From Patiria miniata (Eukaryota): 64,000 nt of DNA. A program made the position numbers and the translations under genes. Under the pieces are notes generated by a model. That model did no database searches. It saw nothing but the letters and a program-made list of their open reading frames with translations, and had not been told where the DNA came from. Positions 13,307 to 25,062 of the stretch are shown here, in pieces. The stretch is from positions 20,022,740-20,086,739 of the forward strand of contig NW_024037073.1 of NCBI RefSeq assembly GCF_015706575.1, given 5' to 3'. How positions within the stretch are numbered: position 1 is the stretch's first letter; every line of letters begins with the position of its first letter.

Positions 13307-13429
13307 CTGACCCAAGAAAATCAAAAACAGTCTAACGTTTGTACATGGGAAAAACCTCTTTCTTAAAACTTAAAACTGGTGGTCAAGGGATTGAATTTTG
13401 GGTAAGAAGTAAAGTCTGTCACGAGCGAA

Positions 13430-13715
13430 ATGGACCATCAGGCCAGTGTTTATTTCCAGTTTCCTTGGTGTGAAGTGACTGAGAACATTTCTACTCCCCT
13501 AGATGGGATACCAGTCCATCTTTAGGTAACTCCCCAGCTAATGCTGTTACCCATTTATACTCCTGGGTGGAGAGAGGCAAGTGGGGGTGAAGTGGCTTGC
13601 CCAAGGACACAACATATGGCCAGCAGCTGGATTTGAACCCCTGACTCTCTGATCACGAGTCAAAACCCTAACCCCTAAGTCACACTGCCCAGAGGTACGG
13701 ACTTCACTCCGTGTC
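13430..13715 (-). mobile_element. tRNA-derived SINE with a Deu-domain-like core (..CCAGGAGTATAAATGGGTAAC..GATGGACTGGTATCCCATC..)
   Basis: tRNA-like head with B-box GGGTTCAAATCC on the minus strand plus the conserved Deu-type core; related copies at 31545-31935, 59925-60105 and 60660-60800. Confidence 0.7.
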
Positions 13716-13877
13716 CAAAGGCAAGTCAGTTTAATAACTTCACTTTCCTTTATGAAAATAGCAATAAGCATGGACACTGGCATTAGTTGAGTAATAATCT
13801 CTGTCCATTCCAAGTGTTACGAGTTTTGAGATGCTCCCTTATGTGAGCACAAATCGACAGATTGACGGCTGACTTAC

Positions 13878-13991
13878 ATGTCTCTTGGCTTTCTCCTCCT
13901 TGGCTTGTGCTTTCATCTGTTGTACCTCCATCGTGTCCATCCGCCGTCTTTGCATAAACAGCTCGTGGTTCCCAACACACAGATCCAGAAT
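13878..13991 (-). CDS. NF2: NF2 exon 8 ([38 protein letters not shown])
   Basis: ttgtag acceptor and gtaagt donor; aligns to merlin [38 protein letters not shown]. Confidence 0.85.
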
Positions 13992-14899
13992 CTACAAACA
14001 GATAGCGCACACATTTTTCAAAGTCACTTCACTATTGCCAATGCATTTTGGTACACCAAACGTTTGGTGCTATACCAGGCTTTGGTACTACTTGAGGTCT
14101 ATGTCAATCATATCTCAAATAGATATAATTAAAATCTGTGATTTTTCGCAATATAATTTTGCATTGAGTGATGGATATTGGTTTGAGAAAGCCCACCTGG
14201 GGTTGTGGGTAGCAATTCTTACATACTATTGGGGGGGGGGGGGGATTAAGATCAACAATTTGATCTTAAGTATAGTTTTACAGATGAGGCTTAGAAAACT
14301 GATATTTTTCAACACTATCCCCTAAGGCCAAAAAAAAAAAGTCTCCGGTTTCTGGTATGGAGCTTGCCCAAAAAGTGATGCGGCGACGCGGCTTTTTTTT
14401 TTTTTTTTCCCTGACTTTTTTGCTTCAAATGTCGGCTGATGACTGCAAATGGTGTCCGACTAAACTGAGTGCAAATATATGGGAGTCCAGAGAGGCCACA
14501 TAAAGCTTATTCTCGACCATAACCCAATCTAAAAACACGTTAAAATTGTGCAGCAGCAGTATTCCAGTCAAACCAGTGAGTTTGGTGGTTTTGGGACATC
14601 ATCTTTCATTAAAAAAATTTTTTTCATTTTGCCGACGCGCATGGCTACGGCGACGCGCGCGCATACCAGAAACCGGAGACTTTTCTTTTTTGGCCTAAAA
14701 TATGTGACAAACATATTAAAATTTGAGGACTGTTACGATTAATGATATTTTGGGAACTTAGTTTAGGACCTTCATTTTAAAAACAACTCTCAGGCTACAA
14801 TGATCAATACAGCTTGTTTCCAAGTTCACCCAGAGTGCCCTTTTTCAAAGGTGTGATCTGTTCCACTGATAACAATGAAGATAAGGTACACCAACTCAC

Positions 14900-14974
14900 C
14901 AGTTTGTTGAGTCTGAGCCGAGGAGATATGAAACAAAAGTCAGGTGATTTCTTGTCTATCGGCTTTATCGTGAA
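14900..14974 (-). CDS. NF2: NF2 exon 7 (FTIKPIDKKSPDFCFISPRLRLNKL)
   Basis: Six-frame ORF 14804..15019(-); cttgcag acceptor and gtgagt donor; aligns to merlin [25 protein letters not shown]. Confidence 0.85.
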
Positions 14975-15139
14975 CTGCAAGAGAAAAGTTAATACTTGTG
15001 AAATTTGTGCCGAAACCATTTGGGAATTTTTTCCAATCTAAATGTTTATGTGTGAAAAGATAAAAAAGTTTGTAGATATTTCTCCTGGTTAGATTGATGT
15101 TGATTATTATTCATTCAGGCGAAGTCATCAAATTGCAAG

Positions 15140-16165
15140 TTGGACTTGTGACTGGACTAGTGACTGGACTAGTGACTGGACTTGTGACTGGACTTGTGAC
15201 TGGACTTGTGAAAGGATTGTGACTGGACTTGTGACTGGACTAGTGACTGGACTAGTGACTGGACTTGTGACTGGACTTGTGACTGGACTTGTGACTGGAC
15301 TTGTGACTGGACTTGTGACTGGACTTGTGACTGGACTTGTGAAAGGATTGTGACTGGACTAGTGACTGGACTTGTGACTGGACTTGTGATTAGACTTGTG
15401 ACTGGACTTGTGACTGGACTAGTGACTGGACTAGTGACTGGACTTGTGACTGGACTTGTGAAAGGATTGTGACTGGACTTGTGATTAGACTTGTGACTGG
15501 ACTTGTGACTGGACTTGTGACTGGACTTGTGACTGGACTTGTGACTGGACTTGTGATTAGACTTGTGACTGGACTTGTGACTGGACTTGTGACTGGACTA
15601 GTGACTGGACTTGTGACTGGACTTGTGAAAGGATTGTGACTGGACTTGTGATTAGACTTGTGACTGGACTTGTGACTGGACTTGTGACTGGACTAGTGAC
15701 TGGACTTGTGACTGGACTTGTGACTGGACTTGTGACTGGACTTGTGACTGGACTTGTGACTGGACTTGTGATTAGACTTGTGACTGGACTTGTGACTGGA
15801 CTAGTGACTGGACTAGTGACTGGACTTGTGACTGGACTTGTGACTGGACTTGTGAAAGGATTGTGACTGGACTTGTGACTGGACTAGTGACTGGACTTGT
15901 GACTGGACTTGCGACTGGACTTGTGACTGGACTTGTGACTGGACTAGTGACTGGACTTGTGACTGGACTTGTGACTGGACTAGTGACTGGACTTGTGACT
16001 GGACTTGTGACTGGACTAGTGACTGGACTTGTGACTGGACTTGTGACTGGACTTGTGACTGGACTTGTGATGGACTTGTGACTGGACTTGTGACTGGACT
16101 TGTGACTGGACCTATGATGGACTTGTGGCTGGACTTGAGAACTAACTTGTGAGGGACTTGATTAC
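15140..16165. repeat. 12-bp satellite (gtgactggact[t/a]) of about 85 copies with a higher-order periodicity marked by gtgaaaggatt/gtgattagactt variants every 120-130 bp
   Basis: Direct reading. The six-frame ORFs made of VTGL or QVQS repeats are translation artefacts of this array, which lies in NF2 intron 6. Confidence 0.9.
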
Positions 16166-16327
16166 ACCTCTGCCACATGTGGGTTATTCTCATTATGTTT
16201 AGGTACAAGAGCTGGAGGTTTGTGGCATATTGCTTGCCATGGCTCACTTCATATATTCTGGGAATTCCAATTGTAATATATCAAATTTTGGCTTCTTACT
16301 TCACTTCACCTCGGCATCTTATCTTAC

Positions 16328-16462
16328 CTTCTTGTCTTTGTAGGACACGTTTCTGATCTCGCTCCAAGGGAAGGATATCTTGGGCACCAGTTTGTTGTCA
16401 ATCTCATACACGTTCAGCCCCATAGCGTCAACACCCAGATACAAATCTGTACCTTTCTCGTT
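16328..16462 (-). CDS. NF2: NF2 exon 6 ([45 protein letters not shown])
   Basis: ttttag acceptor and gtaaga donor; aligns to merlin [45 protein letters not shown]. Confidence 0.85.
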
Positions 16463-16959
16463 CTAAAAACGAAATGCCAAATAAAAAGTATAAATACACT
16501 CTTATGGCAAAAGAATACACAATAAACAAGAAAAACACAATTTCAGTGCGATCTGGGGCTTTGCGTGGTTGAGAATACAGCATTGGAGAAGTTTACCAAT
16601 GCTCCTCGAGTCAAAGTTACTTTTACTATAAAAGAAGATGGTAGTTTAGTTTTTCTCACTTCACATAGTGTACATATTTCTTAAACGTATTTCAATTGGA
16701 AATACAAATTGAGCAATACTTGTTAAACGGCTCTAATTAAGGTGAGAAATGTCGCATCACATGTTCACAAACTTCAATGAGCTCTAAGTTTGTGTGGTTC
16801 TGAAAAGAACTGTTTGGAAACTCAACGTTTTGGACAATATGCTCTGCCTGAGGTTGAACTACTCCCCAGGAACTCTCGCAAACCATCAGATTCTTCGCTG
16901 CGAACTCACAGTGCAACCCTTCAAATCTTAATTGAGCTCCATGTCTGTATGTAATTTAC

Positions 16960-17035
16960 CTTAATCTCAAAATAGTTGACTCCATACATTTCAAGATCTT
17001 GTGTGATTTTCAAATACTCCATCTCTGCTTCATCC
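16960..17035 (-). CDS. NF2: NF2 exon 5 ((R)[25 protein letters not shown])
   Basis: acag acceptor and gtaaat donor; aligns to merlin [26 protein letters not shown]; phase 1 to 0. Confidence 0.8.
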
Positions 17036-17329
17036 CTGTCAAAACAAAACATGAAAAAACATTTTAAAAATGTATTTCCTTTTTTGTATTAATTCTTTCT
17101 TAATTAACCTAAGCTACTTTCTATGTTACATTATGAATCGCTGTTAATCAGCATAGTATTTTCTTTATCGTGCTCCATAATTTTTTTTCTGGCCAATAAA
17201 ATTGATTCCTCATTTACAAGATTTCATCCCTGGTCCAAATTCACAAACCTTGACTATGATTCAGGGTCACTATCCCTTGATCCGATACACCTCGTGATAT
17301 TTACCACTTAATCCCACTGTTGGCATGCC

Positions 17330-17759
17330 ATACTGTTATGTTTTTTTTTTCTCCTCCCACATATCACAGCCAACCAATCAAAACTCTCATTCACAAATCT
17401 TCATGACTGATTCGTGACCACCATCAATGGTTCCCTCATCTCACCATATTCTTGCCTCATGAGTCCCTGGTGCTCCGCATACCATGCTGTTATTTTTTCT
17501 CCTCCCACATACCACATCCAACAAATCAAAAACTCTCATTCACAAAGCTTCATGAATGATTCATGACCTCCATTACTGGTTCCCTCATCTCACCATGACA
17601 AATTTACCTCGTGAGTCCCTGGTGCTCGGCATACCACGCTGTTATTTTTTCTCCTCCCATATAACACATCCAACCAATCAAAATCACTCATTCAAAAATG
17701 TTCATGAATGATTCATGACCTCCACCACTGGTTCCCTCATCTCACCATGACATAGTTAC
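17330..17759. repeat. About 3.5 tandem copies of a roughly 120-bp unit, each reproducing the 3' end of NF2 exon 4 plus its GT donor and adjacent intron
   Basis: The unit ..catgctgttatt[t]ttctcctcccacat..tcattcacaaa.cttcatga(a/c)tgattc(a/g)tgacc.cca..actggttccctcatctcaccatga..cctcatgagtccctggtgctc(g/c)gcataccatgctg.. repeats up to the authentic exon at 17760. Confidence 0.75.
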
Positions 17760-17911
17760 CTCATGAGTCCCTGGTGCTCGGCATACCATGCTGTTATTCT
17801 CTCCTCCCACATCTCAGCTGTCATGTCAAACTGCTCCACCACTCTCTGCGGCAAGAGTTCTTCGTTGGCTAGGAACCCTGGCTGGTGCACATTCTGTTCG
17901 TAGTCGCCATA
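17760..17911 (-). CDS. NF2: NF2 exon 4 ([50 protein letters not shown])
   Basis: ctgtgcag acceptor and gtaact donor; aligns to merlin [49 protein letters not shown]. Confidence 0.85.
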
Positions 17912-18048
17912 CTGCACAGAACAGGACCAAGCGAAATGCTAGAGATTCACTACACAGTGTGCCAAAAAAGTGCAACATTCAGAAAACAAATAATTAAAAC
18001 TGTTTAATGTTTTTCTTCAATGAAATTATATATTACATTAAAGCCTGA

Positions 18049-18325
18049 CTATTTCTCAATCCACTCCTTTTTACCCCATTCCATTTGGGTCCCTAGATCC
18101 AGAAATACAATCAATAAGTGAAAGGGTGTAAATTTTACTTGGGCCACTCTCACCTGGACATGCTGAATCTGGGTTAAGCATTGAATAAGCACTGAAGTTG
18201 GTGACATCACAGGTGAGAGTGGCCGAAGTAATACGTACACCCTTTCACTTAATTGATTGTATTTCTGGATCTAGGGACCCAAATGGAATGGGGTAAAAAG
18301 GAGTGGATTGAGAAATAGTCAGGAT
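18049..18325. repeat. Foldback element with roughly 95-bp arms that are exact reverse complements, separated by about 90 bp
   Basis: 18049-18145 (ctgactatttctcaatccactcc..) is the reverse complement of 18235-18325 (..ggagtggattgagaaatagtcagg); it lies in NF2 intron 3. Confidence 0.8.
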
Positions 18326-18844
18326 GTGCAAAAAAAATGGTCAACTAAATTTGGTAAATTGGGGGCAGTATTTGTAAGAAGTCAGTGTTTCCAACCGTGG
18401 TCGGCCAACCATCTTTGCAAATTGATACAAAAATTACAATTTTCTTGAAAATTACAGCACATGATTGAGACTAAATTATAAAGTTACAGTCATGTAAGGT
18501 ATTTCATAACAATTTGGTAGTTTTGTTTTTTGATGCTTGGAAATGTTGTTTATTATCTTTAAGTCCTTCTGAACAACTGCAAGAGTAAATTTTTCAATGC
18601 AGTCACTCCAAATTGGAGCACAGATGTTCCAATGGTCCAATTAACAAGGAAGAAAGAACTCCAATGCGATGTGTAGAATTTACGGCAATATAAAAACGGA
18701 CAGCCACACCATAAAATTGTACGCAAGTTTAAAATTAAGTTGTTCAAGCATAGAGTAAAGACAGGATTTTTCATAACACCAACTTGCATGTCAGGCAACA
18801 TAATGACAACAGGTAATTACACAATAAAACCTTCAGAACGACAT

Positions 18845-19030
18845 GAATTTCAGGCAATCAAAATTGAATTTTCTTCAACAAGGCTCTGTTAATTTGACAC
18901 AAATTGAGGGTATAAAATATTTGAAATGCACAAACTGCTCTGCCGTTTAAATTTTCTTCAACAAGGCTCTGTTAATTTGACACATATTGAGGGTATAAAA
19001 TATTTGAAATGCACAAACTGCTCTGCCGTT
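18845..19030. repeat. Tandem duplication of an approximately 85-bp unit (..aattttcttcaacaaggctctgttaatttgacacaaattgagggtataaaatatttgaaatgcacaaactgctctgccgttt)
   Basis: Two adjacent near-identical copies. Confidence 0.8.
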
Positions 19031-19089
19031 TGTGCATTTTGTTTTCTGTAGCTTTTTAGCATTGCACGCATGTATTAGACGTTTTCATT

Positions 19090-19380
19090 TATGATGACCC
19101 TGAAAATTCCAACAGCTGATAATGAGCCAGTTCGGTATCTCGATGATGTAGTACAGGTCAAAGGTCATTCGGGATAAAAGGGCTGACTCGACTCAAACGT
19201 CTTGTAACCGCGATGTTACGCGAACACCCATTCTGCTCTTAATTAACGCGCAAGCGTCATGTGACTGTCTCATTGCGTGTCCATGCACCTTCAATGAGCA
19301 TTCTCTTATCCCGAAGGACCTGTGACTGCGCGCATGGACAGTAAAAATACCGAACTGGCTTATTATTGTCGAAGATATGA
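19090..19380. repeat. Long imperfect palindrome or foldback (arms ..gagccagttcggtatctcgat..aggtcattcgggataaaag.. and the complement ..ctcttatcccgaaggacct..ataccgaactggcttatt..)
   Basis: Inverted arms around a centre near 19230; lies in NF2 intron 3. Confidence 0.6.
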
Positions 19381-19514
19381 TTCTTAAAAATTATACACTC
19401 ATTATTTTAAGTAACTTCTCAAACATATTTCCCAAGTACAAATTATGATAATTTTATTTTCATCTTATTGAAAGTAAAATTGAACAGTAATTTGTATTAA
19501 CTTTAAAAACAAAC

Positions 19515-19721
19515 CTTAGCCTGGACCGCATAGGAGGCCAGAAGTACGGAAGCCTCCGGTGGACAATACACCTCCTCGTTCAGGATCTGCTGCTTGACTT
19601 GTAGGAAGAAGAGATGTTGCGTGATCTCCTGTATCAGTTCCTCACTGACTTCCTCCGGGTAGAACTTGGCCGCAAAGAGGAAGGGCATGGGGGAGGTCTT
19701 GGGAATGCCCTGCTCCTGGAC
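19515..19721 (-). CDS. NF2: NF2 exon 3 ([69 protein letters not shown])
   Basis: Six-frame ORF 19503..19688(-); cttag acceptor and gtttgt donor; aligns to merlin ..[56 protein letters not shown]. Confidence 0.9.
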
Positions 19722-20214
19722 CTAAGGTGTGGAGCAGATAGGAATTGAATAGTCCAAATTGTGTCTAAAGGGCCCATGCATTAGTAAGGGTACAAATATA
19801 TGCTTGGCCGGTTTTAAACAAGTACATTCAAAACCAGCTTGGGGCTGGATGCTGATAATGGCTCCAGCCAAAGGTGAGGGACATTATCGGCGACCAGGCC
19901 CCTAGCCGGCTTTAAACGTAGTTTGTTCAATACCGGCCAAGCTCGTAATTATTCCATTCATAAATACCTTTGAGTCAAAAAGTCAGAACAACTCAAAAGT
20001 TATAAGTTTTCAACAATTTTGTTCAACAATTTTACTTCATGTTTTTGTAGAAAATCCCCTCTAGCTATGTTATTGTAGGAGCCTCTCGCGAGTAGTCGGA
20101 AACATCTCCTTATATGGAGATTGTTGTGTACTGTCTTAGGCCGGACCTTGTGTTGTTTATGCTCAGACGTGAATAAATTTAGGCCTACATTATACTTGAA
20201 ATCCTCCGTCCCGC

Positions 20215-20425
20215 TCCAGGATGTCACTGGCTCTGCCTCAATATATTGACAGTGATTGCTGGAGGATTTTGCAGGATTGAGGCAGTGGTCTCCCTTCCAA
20301 AGACCACATTCAAGAAATAACGGATGATTTTGGAGGATTTTGGAGGATTGAAGCTGTATGCAATTCTAACATGGAGGCAGTTGGAGGATTTCGCAGGATT
20401 CAGGTTGCATCCCAGCAAAAATGCC
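20215..20425. repeat. Copy of the dispersed ggattttgcaggattgagg repeat family
   Basis: Same family as the copy at 4130-4440. Confidence 0.7.
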
Positions 20426-20985
20426 TAGGAAGTTAGGGTTTAAAAGCCTAAATATGTTGGGCCCGATCAGTGGATCTGCGTTATCACTCGATCGCCCAGA
20501 AATGCACTTGCGCGATCGGTCGATCCTGTAGGAAATCTCAGACTTTAGTTCCCTTTTCCAAAACAATCTTCCATAGCCATGAATAAGAAAGAAAATGTGA
20601 TCAACTAATGGTGGTTCGATTGACTGATAGCACAGCGTGATCGACCGATCGCGCAGATCCACCAATCATGCCCAACAAATAATCTTGGCTTTTCCTCACT
20701 TGCTTTGGATTTTCCTTTTCAGCATGTCTACTATCTGCACAAGATGTGTATGTCATTCCCACTTGCCAGAGAATTGAATCCCTAAAAATGTCAACACTTT
20801 TTTTCTTATTTTTAGCCACCACAAACCAAAAATTCACAGGATAACGAACAAGAGCTGAAAAGGGTGTACATGTCTCCTGACAGCAGCTGGGGCTTACTGT
20901 CTGAAATAAGGAATAATTTTTAAAAAATGGGGGGGGGGGGGGGGGGGGCGGCGGGCGCGAATTTGTTCTTTCTCCCACTACTTAC

Positions 20986-21114
20986 TTTTCTGTCCATCTT
21001 CAGCCAGCTAATGTATCCTTTGTGATCAATGAATCTCAGCCCAAAGTACCACGTTTCTCGTAACCCGATTGTCCTGCACACCATGTCAAATAACTGTCTC
21101 CCTGTAGCTTTCCA
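20986..21114 (-). CDS. NF2: NF2 exon 2 (WKATGRQLFDMVCRTIGLRETWYFGLRFIDHKGYISWLKMDRK)
   Basis: caaacag acceptor and gtaagt donor; aligns to merlin [41 protein letters not shown]. Confidence 0.85.
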
Positions 21115-21814
21115 CTGTTTGGTGAAAGGAAAAACAAACTAGCAAAGATCATTTTAAATGATAAATTATATATAATTAACAAGTGTATTATTTTTTTAGG
21201 ACAACACAGCAAAACATTTAAAAACCATGGAACTCTAGCCAATGCGTCTGCATATTTTTACATGTAATTTTTTTTGCTAGGAAAGAATGTAGTATCCAGA
21301 TGCCACTTCAGCGGATGTGTACAAAGTGTATGGAGAGTGAAGAACATTTTCTAAGAAGTTTCTAACAAAATTGGAAATGTTTCTCAGCCCCAGATTCATG
21401 TCTTTTCAACATTTTTGCAATGACTGACCTTTATTGAGATGATATGAAGAAAAAAAAAATAGGCGTCAAGTTGCAACATTCTTTCCTTTTTCTATCCCAA
21501 CATTTTACTATTTTGTAATACAAATATAAATAAAAGTACTTTTTTATTGTTGGTTGTTGCATCAAAAATGTTGTTCCTTAAACTTTAAAGGCAATATTTT
21601 AAGTTAAACTTGAATAGTTCGATGTTCAATAGCTAACGCTTTAATATCCCGGAATGATGAAGAAAAAAAACAACTCAGACATAAATATGGAATATGATTC
21701 AGGCCCGTAGGCCTACCTCCCAAATTATTAATCAGTTCAATTTATTCCCAGATTTCAATGTTCTACAATCATTAAACCATAACAGCGAATTATCAGCCTG
21801 ATCAGAGAACTCAC

Positions 21815-21895
21815 ATCTATGCCGAATTCCAACTCGGCATCCATGGTGGTGACGCGGACGGTGAACGTCTTTGGATTTCTACGCAACATCGACAT
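21815..21895 (-). CDS. NF2: NF2 first coding exon (MSMLRRNPKTFTVRVTTMDAELEFGID); the ORF stays open upstream to a GTG at 21949
   Basis: ATG at 21895 has A at -3; aligns to merlin [27 protein letters not shown]; gtgagt donor. The ORF-track M at 21949 is GTG. Confidence 0.7.
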
Positions 21896-24254
21896 GTTGC
21901 CGACCGTGAAACCGGCGGCCCTCTCCGCCGCATGCAGAGCAAAAAACACGGCAGCAAATCAACTTCCTTGTCCGCTCAACGAAGCCGCTAATCCCGTGGC
22001 CTCAAAAATAGATACACCGTCGGCACGGTTTTACTGTTAAAACCCGCAATCAACCAATACTCAGCAATCACATTTGGAGTTCAGACGGTGGTTGTAGTCA
22101 GAACAGAATGTCAGGGGTGGACGGCATTGTGTTAAAGAGGAGAAAACTGTGAGTAATTTAGTAAAAATGCGCTTTTGTCAAGGGCTACCTGCTGAGATGT
22201 GTGTGCGTGTAAACGTCCGACATGTTTATGTTGCATGCAGGCAGCAGGCTAGCCGTTTGTCGTTGGAGAGTCCGAGTCTAGACACACTCAATTGGCTTGT
22301 GTGGCATTTTTTCGGTACCATGCTATTTCTTCATGGCGCGCTGGCTAATCTAAATGTAGGGATCGCTCACAGCATAGCGCGCAAACCAGCTGCCTTGATT
22401 AATGACAGATATTACAGGATCAGACATCGAATACCGCTATTCGAAAAATGTCAAGATGTCCCAACTTTGGGGTCGCATGGGACACGAAAGAAGGGAATAC
22501 CAATCAAGATCCTGTCAGGCCTTCTAGCTCGTCCATAAAGCTTCTTCCCAAACGATAAAATCAAAATCATCACAAGCATTTTTCCCCCGGTCTGACATTT
22601 AGAGAAAAGTACAAGTGCAACGATCACTTTCATGCGCAAAGTATTCGGCCAGATGTGCAAATGTGTTAATGTTACTTGCATTAGCCGCATTTTTGAACAA
22701 TTGTTTGTCTTCTGATACTTCTGAGTTCAGCAACTTCCCTTGTCACTAGTTTGGTTTTCCGCAAATACAGAGGCAATTTGATTTTGAGTGGCCATGTTGG
22801 GCATTTCTTCTTTGGCAACACTATTTTCGGGGTTTTTTTTGGCAAAACTATTTTCGTTTAAGTCCACATAATTATTTGAAACTACATCAAAAAGGCATTG
22901 CATCACATTTCAATGACTATTTCCAAACAACCTTTTGTTAGCACATGCTATTTTGAACTAATTCCCAGATGTGATTTAATTGGGGAACAATAAAAAAAAA
23001 AATTCAAAACAAAATTCAAAAAGGGCCAAGGGATATTTCACAAACTTTTGGAAGATTGTGCTCGTGCTCGCCCGTCGATGAATTTCCTCTACAAAAGTGA
23101 ATAAATTCTGAGACTCTAACAGTACCCAACAAATGTTTACTGCTACAACAATCACAACAAATGAATTGATTTAAAAACAAACAAACACAGTAATATTTGT
23201 TTATCTTTTACGGCTCTTTACTAAAGCCCATGTTTATTAATGACAAAATAAGATGTTACACAAACTTCAAGTTATATTTACTATTAAAGTCACTCTGTTT
23301 TATTTTATAAATTTTTTTTTGCACTTCAAAGTTTAAAACTTAGTTACAGTATTAAACACATGATCAAAATAAATCAATATAAACTGTTGCATATGTATAC
23401 GTCTATTGACCTAAATTGTACATTTTGGAATAATATGAAAGTTTAAGGTTGTAATATTAATGTACGATCCCTCTACTTCTGAAAGTTTTTTTGTATATAC
23501 GTACGTTATTTTTCCACAAAATGACTCAAAAAGGTTCTTTGCATACACTGTTTGGCTATGCCAAAGTTACAATTTAAGCTGCTATATAAAATATTTTTTA
23601 AATCCATCCGTTCCATGTTGAAGATAGCAATATCTAACTCTCACAGAAAATAAACATCAATCACTTTGACAGTTATTAACTATTTCCAAAAAAAAAATGA
23701 TCCTTTCCAATTATAGGAAAACTTTGTAAGGCTTCAATGATAATTCTAAAATAAAAGGCACAAATGCTTTTTACATCTTCTTTGAAGAGAAAAAAATAAA
23801 AACACAAAATGCTTCACCTATTTCAGGAAAAGAAATCCGTAGCTCTCAACAATTTTGAGCAGAAGTGTATGATCTCATTCATTACCGTGTGTGCAGCTAA
23901 TGAGGATACTGATGCAAAGTGATCCCTGTGAAGTTTGCTTCTTATATTGCAAGACAATATCTTAATATTTTTTTTAAAAACCTTTAAATGAAAGTCCAAA
24001 TTTCCCCAATTGTGACTCCATTCACGATTAGAACTTAACTGCACAATCTTAGTGAATAATGTAATAATGACTACATCCATATTAAAATTATTGATAACAA
24101 ATAACGATTTCATCGAATAAACCATCTCTGCTATATACCCTTATCGATGAACACCAGTTTTTTTTTTCATGATAAAGCACTACATAATAAAGTATATTAC
24201 TTACGGTCTGAATTCAGAAATATTCCACTTTAAATACCGGATACCAAACATACA

Positions 24255-24605
24255 AGTCTGCAGAGTTGTAATCGCAAGTCAATCACAAATCAATCGCAAG
24301 TCAATCACAAATCAATCGCAAGTCAATCGCAAGTCGATCACAAGTCAATCACAAGTCAATCACAAGTCAATCACAAGTCAATCGCAAGTCAATCACAAGT
24401 CAATCACAAGTCAATCGCAAGTAAGGTCAGAAGTAACAGTGGATGAACAATAACAAAGGAATGCCTTTGTCAAAGTTCATTTGAATAGCTTGTGAGTTGA
24501 CTTGGGACTGGAGGACTTGTGATTGATTTGTAATGACTTGTGATGATTTGTAACGACTTGTGATGACTTGTGATGACTTGTGATGACTTGTGACTGCCTC
24601 GATTA
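24255..24605. repeat. 11-bp microsatellite (caatcacaagt / caatcgcaagt, about 15 copies) followed roughly 60 bp later by the same array in reverse-complement orientation (gacttgtgatg..), giving a long inverted-repeat structure
   Basis: Direct reading; a related fragment (gacttgtgatggact, cattcctttgttattgttcatccactgttac) recurs in inverted form at 46930-47060. Confidence 0.75.
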
Positions 24606-24936
24606 CAATTCTGCAACACCATGTTATATGACTGAGCAAATTTGCTGCTGTAATACCAAGCACAAGAAAATGAACGTAAAGAACACATTAAGGCACGTTC
24701 TGTTGCATCAGAACAAATAAATGAGGCACAAAGACTGCTATATTTGAGTGTTAACTTTGTACACTTTTTCCAATGAATGTTGACCAAAAAAAATACTTTT
24801 CTTTGTGGAAAAAATACTCAAATGATGAATGAATATATTTTGGACTAATGTAAAATTTTACATCTTCGGGTCCCAAACCAATTTAACACTATCTCTCCCT
24901 GCAGTCGTTCATTCCTGGCCTACCACTGGGGTCTGT

Positions 24937-25062
24937 TTAATCAGTTTCCGGTGAGGCCACCATTCCTCCCAGCATGCCCTGGGCCGTGTTGAAGAGGTTG
25001 ATGGGAGTGTTGCCGTCGGTGATCAGGGTAGACTTCAGCCCCAGACTCTGCAGGAGTTTCAC
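24937..25062 (-). CDS. MVP: MVP terminal coding exon ([41 protein letters not shown])
   Basis: ccctcag acceptor; identical to the human MVP C-terminal motif [32 protein letters not shown]; stop TAA. Confidence 0.9.
   Translation of the reverse strand: MKLLQSLGLKSTLITDGNTPINLFNTAQGMLGGMVASPETD

Noticed and set aside
15636-16247. Six-frame ORFs encoding VTGLVTGL.. and QVQSQVQS.. repeats (up to 144 aa)
   Set aside because: They are translations of the 12-bp satellite in NF2 intron 6, have no start or splice context, and all frames are open
20601-20978. 125-aa ORF containing a poly-proline tract
   Set aside because: The proline run is the translation of a G20 homopolymer (20930-20950) in NF2 intron 2
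21895-21949. N-terminal extension MFFALHAAERAAGFTVGN of merlin from the ORF track
   Set aside because: The ORF-track start at 21949 is a GTG. The first ATG (21895) has a good Kozak context and aligns with the merlin N-terminus [14 protein letters not shown]
22149-22538. 129-aa plus-strand ORF just upstream of the NF2 start
   Set aside because: No recognisable domain or splice signals; it is more likely NF2 promoter or 5'-UTR region read in the wrong strand
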